Of a stretch of DNA of 64,000 nucleotides, positions 11,108 through 22,202 are shown in pieces. The position numbers were made by a program, and so were the translations under genes. The notes beneath the pieces were generated by a model. The model saw only the letters and a list, made by a program, of their open reading frames with translations, did not search any database and was not told where the DNA came from. Positions within the stretch are counted from its first letter, which is position 1, and each line of letters opens with the position of its first letter. Location: positions 3,968,001 to 4,032,000 of the forward strand of contig JBLDXI010000024.1 in assembly GCA_047495785.1 (NCBI GenBank), in the 5' to 3' direction. Origin of the DNA: Lepidodermella squamata. Lineage: Eukaryota; Animalia; Gastrotricha.

Positions 11108-12875
11108 TTTCGGCCAATAGTCGCTGAACGGCTGTTTGAATTGGATCGGGTCGCCACGTGACCAATGAGACAGTCTATGGGTAAAATATCAGAAATATTT
11201 CTCACCCAGTTTCTTGTGAATATATAAAGAATTTGGCGGAAAAGAATTTTGAGGCAAATGAGGTCTTGGCAATTTAAATGAATATCAACATTTTAGTGAA
11301 AACATTTACGCCTGACTGGTGAAAGGTAATAAAACGCAAAAAATTGCAAAAAAAACTTACGGCCGAACGACGGTTTCGTTTGCCATGTGATCAAGGTGGA
11401 ATAATAGCTATAAATCTTTTGCGATAGAGTTCCCGTCGACTGATTTATTGCCGGTTGAAAAGATTCTCACGGGTTGATGAATGAAAAAGCGTGCGTTATC
11501 CTGTCTTGCTATTCAACAGACCCTCAACCGCTTTGAAGAGTAAATACAAAAAATTGGGCGCCCGGCGATGCACGTATGTAATATACTAGAAAGACAGAGG
11601 GTGCGTAAAAAACGCGCGGACCAGTTGCTATTATATGTTATTCTACTGCTGTGGTGTATATCACTTTCTTGGGTCGATCGAGCGCGCGTTGCTTGGAGAA
11701 GCGCGTCGACGTTATAGTGATAAAATGCGTGGTTTTTGCCGCACGCGCAAAGACATTTCGTACCGATCGAATTCTTACTGGTGCGTAGTAGTATTTTTAG
11801 CGTCCCTCGATTTCTTTATGCTACCTTACGGCTTTCGTGAATAGCGACGAGATATTCTTTTGAGACTACTGTGCGGCGGGACGGCGGCTTTTTTGCGTGA
11901 GCGCGAGGCCGTGCAATTAGTTTTTATACCGCGGCGAGTAATAAAATGTTAGACACAACGTGCGGCTATTTCATGGACGTCAATGAAGCATCAAGTCATT
12001 TTCCGCGCACCCTGGCGTGGCCGTCACGTGCGCTGTACATTGTGGTGAATGCTTCATCATGCGATCGAGAGTTGCTATCGATATAAGTCGCGGTTGAATG
12101 AAATTAAAAGGTGTGCCCAACTGCGGAAGTTCGAATTAAGTTAGAATGCCGGTTGAAAAGTGAGTCGTTAATATTGTCCGAACTGGCCACTTGGTTACCT
12201 CGAGCATATTATTTACTAAACAAATTAAAGAATGAAATGCAATAGGGGCAATCTGGGATACTATAGGACATGCAGAAGTGTCCGTGCCAAAGAATCGGGA
12301 AGTGTGGGGTTAGGAATACACTTCGCGAGACGGTAAAAGATTCCCTTCTCTTAAATGGGCTACTTGAAATAACTGCTATCATTGCGCAACGTCGAACTAT
12401 CGAGCATACCGATTAAGCGATGGATCGTTCGGGCTCGGCATCGTCCATTCGAAACTATATTAGTTGTCACATCAAATTTAGTTCTTGCAGCACGGCAATC
12501 TCCATCCCTAGATCCCTAGCTCAAACGTATAATCAATAATTTGGTCCATCTCTGAAGTTCCTAATTCTTCCTCTTTACTCTTTACCGACGGAGGGCACTA
12601 CAATATGCTGGCGGGCTGGGACATGGGCTAAGAGGTAATACAGGGAGACCGCTAATTATGTACAATTTCAAATAGAAAATTTTGAAACTTCAAACTGCAA
12701 AAATGTGACAATATGAATCAAACTTACAGTTTATGATTGTTCTATTGTTACTGTGTCGACACATATTTATTCATTAGTAAAGTTTTCACAGGGTTTACTA
12801 ATCAAATTTGAAAAAAGAATAACAATGAGACTTGCACACAGTGCATGTCTATTTGCGCTAGCCAGCATCGCAAAA

Positions 12876-14213
12876 TCAAAGTAGCATTTTCGCACCGTAT
12901 CCTACAAAAACACTACCGCCAACAGTGAACGCTGAAACAGCGGCAATAAGATCACACAAGCGAATCAAGTTAATGCCAGTATTTGCTCCCCGAGAAAAGA
13001 CTCGCATTCTCGCAATCTTAAGAGTTGTCAGAAAACAAGCTGATAGAGTGTACACAGTTATAGCCGCGCAGATGACCATGAAAGCTACAACAATATTGAT
13101 AAGGTACACCTCTTGCGCGGTTCGAGGTATCAGGGAGAAAATCAAGGTGAGAACAACAGCCATCGACAGATTCACAGTTACGCAGAACGTCGGACGATCC
13201 GGGTGGTGTGGATCCATGATTAAGCCGACAATTTGCAGGAGGAAAAGCGTGGTGGTCGGAATGAACACATTGCCGACGTAGTACTGATATTTCCGCTTAA
13301 TCGTGAGTGTTAGCGTCACATGATGGAACCCGCCAGCATCCCATGAAGATCCGTTAAAACTGACAAAAGTCCAGATGTCGTCGTCTCGCAACGGTTTATA
13401 CCCGTCTTGAACGCCGACAGAATCGATGGCAATCTCAACTTCATTGAGGACATTTTCGTTTTCGATTTCGAACGTGCAAGTTGCGAAGTCGAATGGGAAT
13501 TTAGTATAACTGAAGTTGAAACAAACCGAAATGAATGGTCGCACACAGTAGATCAGAAATCGAGGCCCTCCGACTCGAAACGGGCGAACTTTAATCAACC
13601 TCTCGCTGGAAAACAGGGTGAGAAAATCTCTAAAATTTTCCGCTATAAAATATATACGAACTCTCTCATGGGTCGCGATTCACCAATCGCGTTGATATGT
13701 TGCATATCTGGCCACCAAACTGAATCGGCTGGAATTTCAAACTGGACTCGGTCAAGAATATCCTGAGGCAGATGTTCGTAGCCATACAGCAATTCCGATC
13801 GTATGTCTCTACCGCACGGCATAATCCAAAATATGCGGAACACCATAGTAACCGTCATGCTTTTCAAGAGAAAACTATTAATAGCATCATAAGCACCTTC
13901 AGAATGGCAACCTCATCGATAAATCGTCGACATTGTTGATTTGGTGGATCATGGCAACGAGGAAACTTTTGATTGGGTCACTAAAATTGTTAGACGTCAA
14001 GTGCCATTCCGATGGCAGGTTGTTCGCTCTAGCGATAGGACAGAGATGGAAAAATCGATCGCGAAATGTGTTCGAGCGGCTCAGATTGACAGTGAAATCT
14101 TCGCCATCATTCATGATGAATCTCGTTAAATTTCTGTCCATCGCCTGGCCATTCGTGGCAACGGCTGTTAAAATATGGACAATGAGACCCGCGACAAGGT
14201 ACCGTCCATTCAT
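12876..14213 (-). CDS. Divergent Cys-loop ligand-gated ion channel subunit, paralog 1 (3 exons)
   Basis: Signal peptide, INNVDD (loop 2), VWWPD (loop A), CFNFSYTKFPFDFATC Cys-loop, LTIKRK pre-M1, four TM helices. Two short phase-compatible introns. Confidence 0.88.
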
Positions 14214-16736
14214 TGTAATAGGCGGAAAATAGAATATCAATTTTTATTCGAGGATTATTGAAAGTGCAGCAGTGAATGCCGCCGCAATAAATTCGGTATT
14301 TTCTTTGCAGTATAAGATTTATTATCCGGATTGCCGCAAGTTCCTATTTCCGCTTATAAGTTAATTATAGGATTAACATTTTTCAGAAACATCTAGTAAA
14401 AAATGCAGACATTCTTATCTATCTTACTTTTCAAGGATGATTATATTGATTAGGATTTGATTAGGAAGAATTCTCTGAGTAACTTGAAAGGTGCAAACTT
14501 TTGTTCCCATTTCTAGAAATTGGAAAGCCATGCGCCAAACCAGCCTCGTTCTATTGAGTTCTATTGTATCCTGCATCCCTTGCGAGCGGTTTATTCATAC
14601 ATTTCACGATCATTTTTCGTACCCGAAGATGAAATCAACAGCAAGTTGTTAAGATAACTTTTAAGATATGTTAACTGCTATATCCATAAGCCTCCTATAG
14701 AGATAATTGGGTCAGGGAAGAGGCACAGCTGGTTCATAAGATTCATGACACTTACGCATAATCTTCCTACGCAGTCGTGCACTGCGATATAATTTCTGGA
14801 TTCAAACCGCCACTGTGAGCCAGTCGGTAAATTTCGCAATCATCCTGCTCTAATCCGCGGAGACACTCTGTAATTCACAGACGTCACGCTCTCCGAACTC
14901 AAAACGAGCCGTTGAGTTGCCATGGATCCTATCTATCAGAATGCCGAAGTCGGAGCCCTCCTCCTATTGTGCCTGTGCTATTTTCGGTTCAGTGGTTCAT
15001 CATTATATGGAATCAATCATCAATGCTGGAACGAGTATTGATGAGAAAATATTAACATCATGCAGAAGTGAGCTTTCATATGACCAAAAGATTGGGCGGC
15101 AATTTTTTCGGATCTCTAGGAGGTTTTAGTGAAAGAACTTCTCGAAACAGCATTCGCGAAATTTCTAATTTTTGCCACGGCGGGCACCACTGTCGTACCG
15201 GAAAAATTGAAGGATTATTGTTCACTGGGGAAAAATGTTTTTCAAGTTCGATTAGTTCGATTGTCTGACATAGTTTCCCAATGCACGGAATCAGAACGAT
15301 ATACCCAACATAAGCTGAAAACGATTCTTTGGATGCAATTCGTGAATGAATAATACCGCTATAAGCGGAAGTAGGTGGATTCCTCGCGTGAGACTTGATG
15401 CTATTAACATTGCTTAGCTCAATGTGGAACAAGAGGTTCAGCACTGATTGCGAGCCGTAGACCTCAAAGAGCCGAGGCAGTTTCCGCTGAGCCTAGTGTG
15501 ACTCTTCGTGACAAATCGCGTCATTGATTTTTGAATATTTCATGAATCGAAACTGAAACGAGTACATTTTTTTCGCAAGGCAATGGAAAAATAGTGCTGT
15601 TCCGATCAAATTGCTGAAAGCAAAACACGCGGCAATCGATACGGACTAGTTGAAGTATTATTGACACGCGCCAAATGGCCTTCTCTATCAAAAATATCTG
15701 TGGCTGGAAATCGCGGGAGTCCGCTGAAATCACTTCGAGTTCCCAATTTTCGACATATCAAAAACCACACTGACTTCGATCATTTTACTCCTAACGGGGA
15801 ATCACGAAAATAGAAGAAAATATGAGAAATAGGACATCGATAGGACCTCGGCTAGGCAACCAATGTGACGGTGACGATGACCGAGAGCCGGCGGCACAAC
15901 AGGCCTGGAAGCGACAAGCGCGGGTCGGAAGGAACGGCAGTGAGACAAGCTTACGGAGCAGACCCGTAAGCCAAGCATAGTCATATGCGACGACGGTATT
16001 CAGGTTCAGCTTGAGCACTGCTGGGAGAAACTTCACTACGAGTTCTTTTCCGCAGATTGTCTTTGGACTTTGGGCTATTATGACCCCATGTTTATACTCG
16101 CCATTCAAGGCGTTAGGGATCTTTCGTGTCCTATATCCTAATTATCATTGGATCACAATCCGGAAGGCATTCAAGTGAAAATTTGCTGGACCCGGATAGC
16201 AAATTGATAGTTCCCGCTGCATAGCTTGTATTTAAATGCGTTGAAATTTCTCTGCTTTACGGACGGCAATCTGCAGTTTTAAAGATAGCAACACTCATGA
16301 ATGAACCAATAAACTCCTATTTACACTTTACACCCTTCTTAAGAAGAACAATTGCCATGAAACTGTAAGTCAAGTCAGCAAATTATTAAGCTGAATTCAG
16401 AAATATAATGAAAACCCTATTGAGTTTACAGAAATTATATAATCCATCTCTATGTGCGCGCATGCATGAGTGCGATATGTGCCCGTTTTCCCCGCTGCTA
16501 GCCCTCTATTTATTATCACGCTATAAAAATGAGTGCTTATTTCAATGTTTATGTACGAGAAATCCGCCGGGGCTGCCCGGGGAAAGGCGGGAATGAAAAG
16601 CCTACGCACATACACACATATATATGTATGCTTACATGTACACATTCTGCAGAATATATTGCGTACAATACAACTCTATATAACTTGCTTTTGAAATAAA
16701 AAAGGATTTCTCTACACTCTACAGCTCTGCTGCAAC

Positions 16737-17552
16737 ATGATGGAATCGTCAAGCGATCAATTTCTTGTCCAGTTGGCTGCGCTACTGCAACAAAGTGGCA
16801 AACCTGCTCAATTGACATCAATGCCACAGATAGCAAGGCATCCAATGAACGATGATACGGAATCCTTTGCATCTCAGGCAGAATCGCCAAACGATGATTC
16901 CTCCATATCACAACCTAAGACAGTCGATGAAATGGCCGAGCGTAACAAATGGAGTGAAACACGCATCAGAAGCCTCTTGTCGCGATGGAAGTCGAATAGA
17001 GACAAATTCGAATCAAAGGCGTTCAAACATTGCCAGATTTGGAGTAATTTTGCCAAAGCCATCAGCTCCGAAACGCCCGATTTTCCGCAACTAACTGGAG
17101 AACAGTGCCGTCTGAAACTACGCGATCTAAAGCGGCAATTTCTGACAACACAGAAAGAAGCGGGTGATTCTGCCATTTGGGCAAACAAAATTCCTTATTA
17201 TGACGCATTAATTGATGCTTTCGACGACTCTCAGCCTATTAACCTTAGCGCTACTGTCGTGGTTGGAAGTGAAGCCGTCAAGTCTGAGGAAATCAGCCCT
17301 GTAACTACACGCTCGAGGCAAAAACGCAAGATCTCTGTGGATTCTTCTTTGATAGATGCAATCGCGTCTTATTTCGAAGAGGCCAGTCGCATTGAACGGC
17401 GCAAACTGGCGGTTCTTGAGCGACTTGCCTCAGCTTTTGGACAACTCAGCAAAACCTCTAAACGGACAAGAATCGAACGGCCTTGTCCATCCAATAACAT
17501 TGAGTCTAGTGAAGAAACTGATAGTGACTGCAGTATTGCACTTCAAGAATAA
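16737..17552 (+). CDS. Myb/SANT-like (trihelix) DNA-binding domain protein
   Basis: KWSETRIRSLLSRW...IWSNFAKAI...LTGEQCRLKLRDLKRQF...PYYDALIDAF, plus a C-terminal coiled coil (RIERRKLAVLERLA). Confidence 0.8.
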   Translation: MMESSSDQFLVQLAALLQQSGKPAQLTSMPQIARHPMNDDTESFASQAESPNDDSSISQPKTVDEMAERNKWSETRIRSLLSRWKSNRDKFESKAFKHCQIWSNFAKAISSETPDFPQLTGEQCRLKLRDLKRQFLTTQKEAGDSAIWANKIPYYDALIDAFDDSQPINLSATVVVGSEAVKSEEISPVTTRSRQKRKISVDSSLIDAIASYFEEASRIERRKLAVLERLASAFGQLSKTSKRTRIERPCPSNNIESSEETDSDCSIALQE

Positions 17553-17724
17553 AAATGATCATTTGTATTTTCAATTTTATTGAAACAAGTCGAGAAAACG
17601 TCAACAAATCAAAATTTTGAAAGGTTGAAAAAACACCAGATTCGATCGAGAATTTGCTATAGAATTTCAAAATCATAAAATCAAGTGAAAAATGCACAAC
17701 GAAAGTAATTTCAGATATTTTCCT

Positions 17725-19108
17725 TCACTGGTCATCAAGCCAAGTGAGGTAGTCCAGGTTGTTCTCTTTGATGGGCTGTTCAGCAACCGGTTCGGGATCA
17801 AGTGACAAAAACCCGCAATCAGCGTAATCGGTTGAAAAACTCGACGGGGTATCCGCGGAAGAAATTTGGGGCAGTGAGTTTTGACGCTGGACCTGCTGCA
17901 GTGGTTCAGCGTAGTCCAAAACTTTGGCTGGCATTGATTTACGCCGGTTAACAGCTCGTTTTGTCTGAGGCTTCTTCTTAGCAGATACGGACTTCTTCTT
18001 CGCCAGTTTGGCGGGGGTCTTCGTTTCAACTTCAACAGCGATCGGAGCTGGGTCCAATTTTTCGCTGATTTCAATGCAAGTTGATTCGAGGCGATTTTCG
18101 ATCTCAGCAACAGCTTCAACTTTATCTTGTTTCGACCTTCGCGTAACTCGGCGCGTTTTCAAGGGACTTTCTCGAACCAGCGGGTCAGGAACTTTCAACT
18201 CTACAGCGGAAGGTTCAACACTTATTTGGGGCAAGGGTTGAAAACTTGACAACGCTTTAGAGATTGATTCCGAGAATTCACGCTTCAATTGCCCGAAGAC
18301 GCGGCTGTTTTCAGCTGTAAGTTCAGTGGAGAATAAGTCAAGACGGGCTTGAAGCTTCGAGCACGTCTCGTCCAAGCTACTCCTCAATATTCCATCGCGA
18401 AATTCGCTCAACCGCTGTTCAACAACGCTAAGGAGCGTGCTCTGCATACCTTCAATCGACTCCTTCAATAAATCAGTCTGAGCTTTGATAGCAGAATCTT
18501 GACGATCGATCATAGCGTTGTTTGATTCTGAGATGGCTTGCTTGGCTATTTCAGCTAGCTTAGAGGCGGCAGATTCAACGAAGCTCTGCTGGCATGAATC
18601 GATGTGATACTTCAGCGATGAAATGATTTTTTCAGGTAGCAAGTTTAAATCGCAACGAAATCCAACAATGGCATCGACAATTTTCGAGTGCATATCTTCG
18701 ATTCGAGAGGAAATCTCACTTATCTGCTGACTGCCGCTGTGAATGCTGGAGACTTGCTTCAAGCTTTGAAAACCTGCGAATAAGCTGTTGTTGTTCGACC
18801 CGCTCATGTATTGCGAACCTGACAACCCTTGCTGCTGAGAGTAACCGACGCTACCATTGTGATTCAAGTTCGAGGCAACAGGAAAGGCTTGCGATGATGA
18901 GAAAATCATTTGAGAAGAAGAGAATGAACTTTCTTGACTGGACTTGGCCGGCGTTTCCAATGCTGCTAAGGCTGAAGATGAAGACGGGACGTAAGGCCTA
19001 AAGTTATACCAACAAAACAAGAGACGTTAAAATGTAGTGCTCGATACACGTATCAACTTACTGAGAATGAGGAATGGTAGAAAAATAGTACGGCCGGGAA
19101 CTCATCAT
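17725..19108 (-). CDS. SQ-rich coiled-coil protein, possibly IHO1/CCDC36 (Mer2)-like; exons 19108-19062 and 18997-17725
   Basis: Phase-2 compatible first exon MMSSRPYYFSTIPHSQ; SQ cluster (SSFSSSQMIFSSSQAF), long central coiled coil, basic disordered region, acidic/aromatic C-terminus (LDYLTWLDDQ). Gene is solid, identity tentative. Confidence 0.6.
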
Positions 19109-19636
19109 TGCATCACAAAATTAGATAGGTAAAATCCTAGAGCCAACAGAGAATCAAGATTCAACATCATGTTGTTAGGAATCAATATCGCTAGTCGCCG
19201 CCACTGAACTGTAAATTATAGCTCATAGCAAAGATTGGCGTCCGATCGCAGCGGCCACCAAGTGAAGGCAGTTCAATCAATAGAAAGGGTCGCTTTGAAG
19301 CTCTACTGCAAACTGCCTATTTGTGTAAGTTTTTTCGTGCAAGATACTAGATGATATTGTCAAAATTGACGCAGATTGGCGCAAAAGCTTCTTCTACAAT
19401 CCGCAGCTGGGGCTGTAAAAAAGGTGAGTAGATAAGGATTTTCAAAGTTCGAAGTTCGGAAACTGCGCCGGAACCCGAACAGGATGGAGCTTGTTGGGAG
19501 TTCCCCGGTTCTCGGTTCACGTCCACGTTTTTTGAATTTCGAGCCAATTAAAAACACAATTTTATTTATTCCTTTAATATTAAATTTTAAAATGTGTATG
19601 ATAACATAAAATATTTGCTGTCAAATTTATCAGCTG

Positions 19637-19650
19637 GCTGCCTTGGCAAC
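19637..19650. promoter_or_regulatory. RFX X-box-like palindrome upstream of a ciliary-type gene
   Basis: GCTGCCTTGGCAAC (reverse GTTGCCAAGGCAGC) vs consensus GTTGCCATGGCAAC, about 315 nt upstream of the C3orf84-like ATG. Confidence 0.5.
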
Positions 19651-19963
19651 GTCGGCCGTCGGAGTTCATGCTTGCTATGTATGGCGTATTATCACGCTAG
19701 TTTTTAATTGAATTTCACAATTTATTGTTGTTGCCGCTCTCATGAGAATAATGCTGAAATTAGGCACTCAGATTCGTAAAAGGATATTGCTCACTTGAGT
19801 GCACCTTATTTTCGAGGCTGAAGTATTTTTTCCTGATCCCCATGGATTCTCGTGAGAAAACTTGTTTTATTCGCATTTACCTATATTGTCTTGCTCCATG
19901 GTTTTTCATATCTGATATATTCTTGAACTATCTTTAGGCAGTATTTGACGCTCTTTAACACCC

Positions 19964-21276
19964 ATGGCGACATTAGCTCCGCCATTCGGTGGTCGGCAAG
20001 CGATAGCTGGTTCTTGGGTATGTATTGTATTTTGTTGCTAATGACCAAATCTCCAAAATTAATTTTCAGTTTCCAACCGGGTTCCATGGACATAGCCGAA
20101 CAGGTCGTCGAAATGACTTTATTAACGAGTTTCGGTATAGGGCGAAGCCGCAACCACCTGTCATATTCACGCAACGAGCCATGGTAGGTTATCGGCCTTC
20201 AGTTATCGTATTTAATGATTCTTTTCACCATTGGTTTTGATTTACAGGAGAGGCCAGAAAGTCACGTTTTTTCTATTCATGACAATCGGGAAGCTTATTT
20301 AAGGCCGGAGCAATCTTGTGCTAAACGTGAATTGTCAGAAAAAGGTGTTCAGCCGCGACTGTTTGATGGGGAATTCTTCGATTTGGGTCTTGGCAAGAGA
20401 AAACTGGCAAATGGAACCCAGCGATCGGACAATAAAATGTTCTGGTGGGGTCCTCAGCAGGCTGACTTTGAAACACCTGGTTACCCGGATCTATCTCTTT
20501 ATCGAAGCAGTTACAATGCGCAACAGCCTCCGAATCAGGTCTACGTGGATCTAGCAACTGCTGGCCAATCAGCTGCAAATACACCGCAAGCTCTCACAAA
20601 GGAGCGCTTCACGACGATGTATCGCTACACTTACAATAAAGAGAATAACGGCGTGATCAATGTGATGAACAACGCTCCATTAGTCGAGAATGGATTCGGC
20701 GGTTTAACGCCTTCTCCGCCTAAAAGCGCGCCAAGTTTGGGCAGACGCCGAGCTCAAGCAAGCAATGACACTGTCAGATCCTGCTTGATTTGGGCGCCGC
20801 CACCCAAATCACAGTTGCATCATCAACAATCCTCTCAAACTGCTGCTGCTATCGCCCCGGCCGTTACATTTACCCCTGCACCGCCGCAAACGCCTAGAGC
20901 ACCCCCTCAACAACAAAGTTCGACTCTGCTACCAACGGCAGGTATATGCGATGATTACGGACCAAAACCTTTGGTGTTCTCACCTCTTCGAGGCAATGTT
21001 CATGACACTCCGTTCACAAACGAAGCTACAATGGCCGCTGCAGCTAATAAACAGAGATCCTCAAATGTGATGAACGTCACTCCGAACGTGAATACACAAC
21101 CCCGCTTTGAGACTGTTCCTTCATATCAGCAATCTACCGAAAGTCAGCGACCTCAAACCGTCGCGCCCCCTCCGCAATCGAATGGCAACAGTGATAGCAG
21201 CGGGCTTTCACGATCAAAGAGTGAGGCTGATTTGAGCCGTCCCAAATCAGTCATATTTTCAACGAGGCTTTGGTAA
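19964..21276 (+). CDS. HDNR-domain protein, C3orf84-like; exons 19964-20017, 20070-20183, 20248-21276
   Basis: GSW|FPTGFHGHSR..NEFRYRAKPQPPVIFTQRAM|ERPESHVFSIHDNR...LGLGKRK fits the HDNR family (C3orf84/TEX36); long Pro/Gln/Ser-rich tail. Confidence 0.78.
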
Positions 21277-22202
21277 ACAATCTCTGGTATCAAAAACTTT
21301 GGAGGAAAATACGAGTTATTTTTTATGCATTCATCACCTGTCTGAGGCAACTGTCAATTAGCTTTTCAAATTGTTAATAGCAGCCCCTTGGATGAAATTT
21401 TTAATAGCCTAACGTGGAGTTTTCGGATTTATCATTATTTTTTGAAAAAATCTTTATGGGTTTGTTATTCAATTCATATATTTTTCTGAATACGCCGTCG
21501 CCGGTACGAAATGTGTTGTGATTCTTCGATTGTTACCATTTCGTCTGCATGGAATGTGATGACTGACAACACGCTGAGTGATGTAAATATGTGTACGAGC
21601 GCCGTGCATGAAATCGATGATGATGTGATTCAACAATAAAAACTCGGATGGGATTTTACAAGGTTCACCATGTATTGAACAGACCCTCGCACCTTTTTTA
21701 TTATCGAAAACATGATCGTGTAAATATTTTTTTGTCAATAATATAGCGAGAAGAATTACAATTAGCACGCTCGCGGTTGCTAAGAAAGCAACCCATCGAT
21801 TTGCGAATAGAGCGACGCGAAAAAACGGAAGAGCCAAGTGGGAAAAAATAATTTATGAGAGTAACAGGTCCCATGGAAGAACAAAAACATGCATCATACG
21901 GAAGATCGTAATATCACATGAGCCAAAATTTACAGATGAAACTTGATAAACAAAAATAATAATAACATAGAATATTATGATATGCAATAAATATTGCACA
22001 ACCAAAAATTGGCGGAAGCAGATTTTCCATTCATATTAACATTGAGTAGAAGACTATTATGCCTACTTTTCAACCAGATCCGACAGAAAATGTAGCGAAA
22101 CATCAAAATAGCGCAATTTGATGGAAAATTCAATCACTACTCCTTGTGAAAATGTCAAAATTGCACCGTTTTCAATGTTCTGTACATATTTGCCCACGGT
22201 AA

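Noticed and set aside
11575-11950. CpG-rich stretch with a hairpin near CTAG, suggesting a Helitron end or structured RNA
   Set aside because: The hairpin is imperfect, there is no second copy or 5' terminus, and no RNA family is recognisable.
14900-16700. Several 60-120 aa ORFs
   Set aside because: No domains or consistent splice structure; likely non-coding or decayed sequence.
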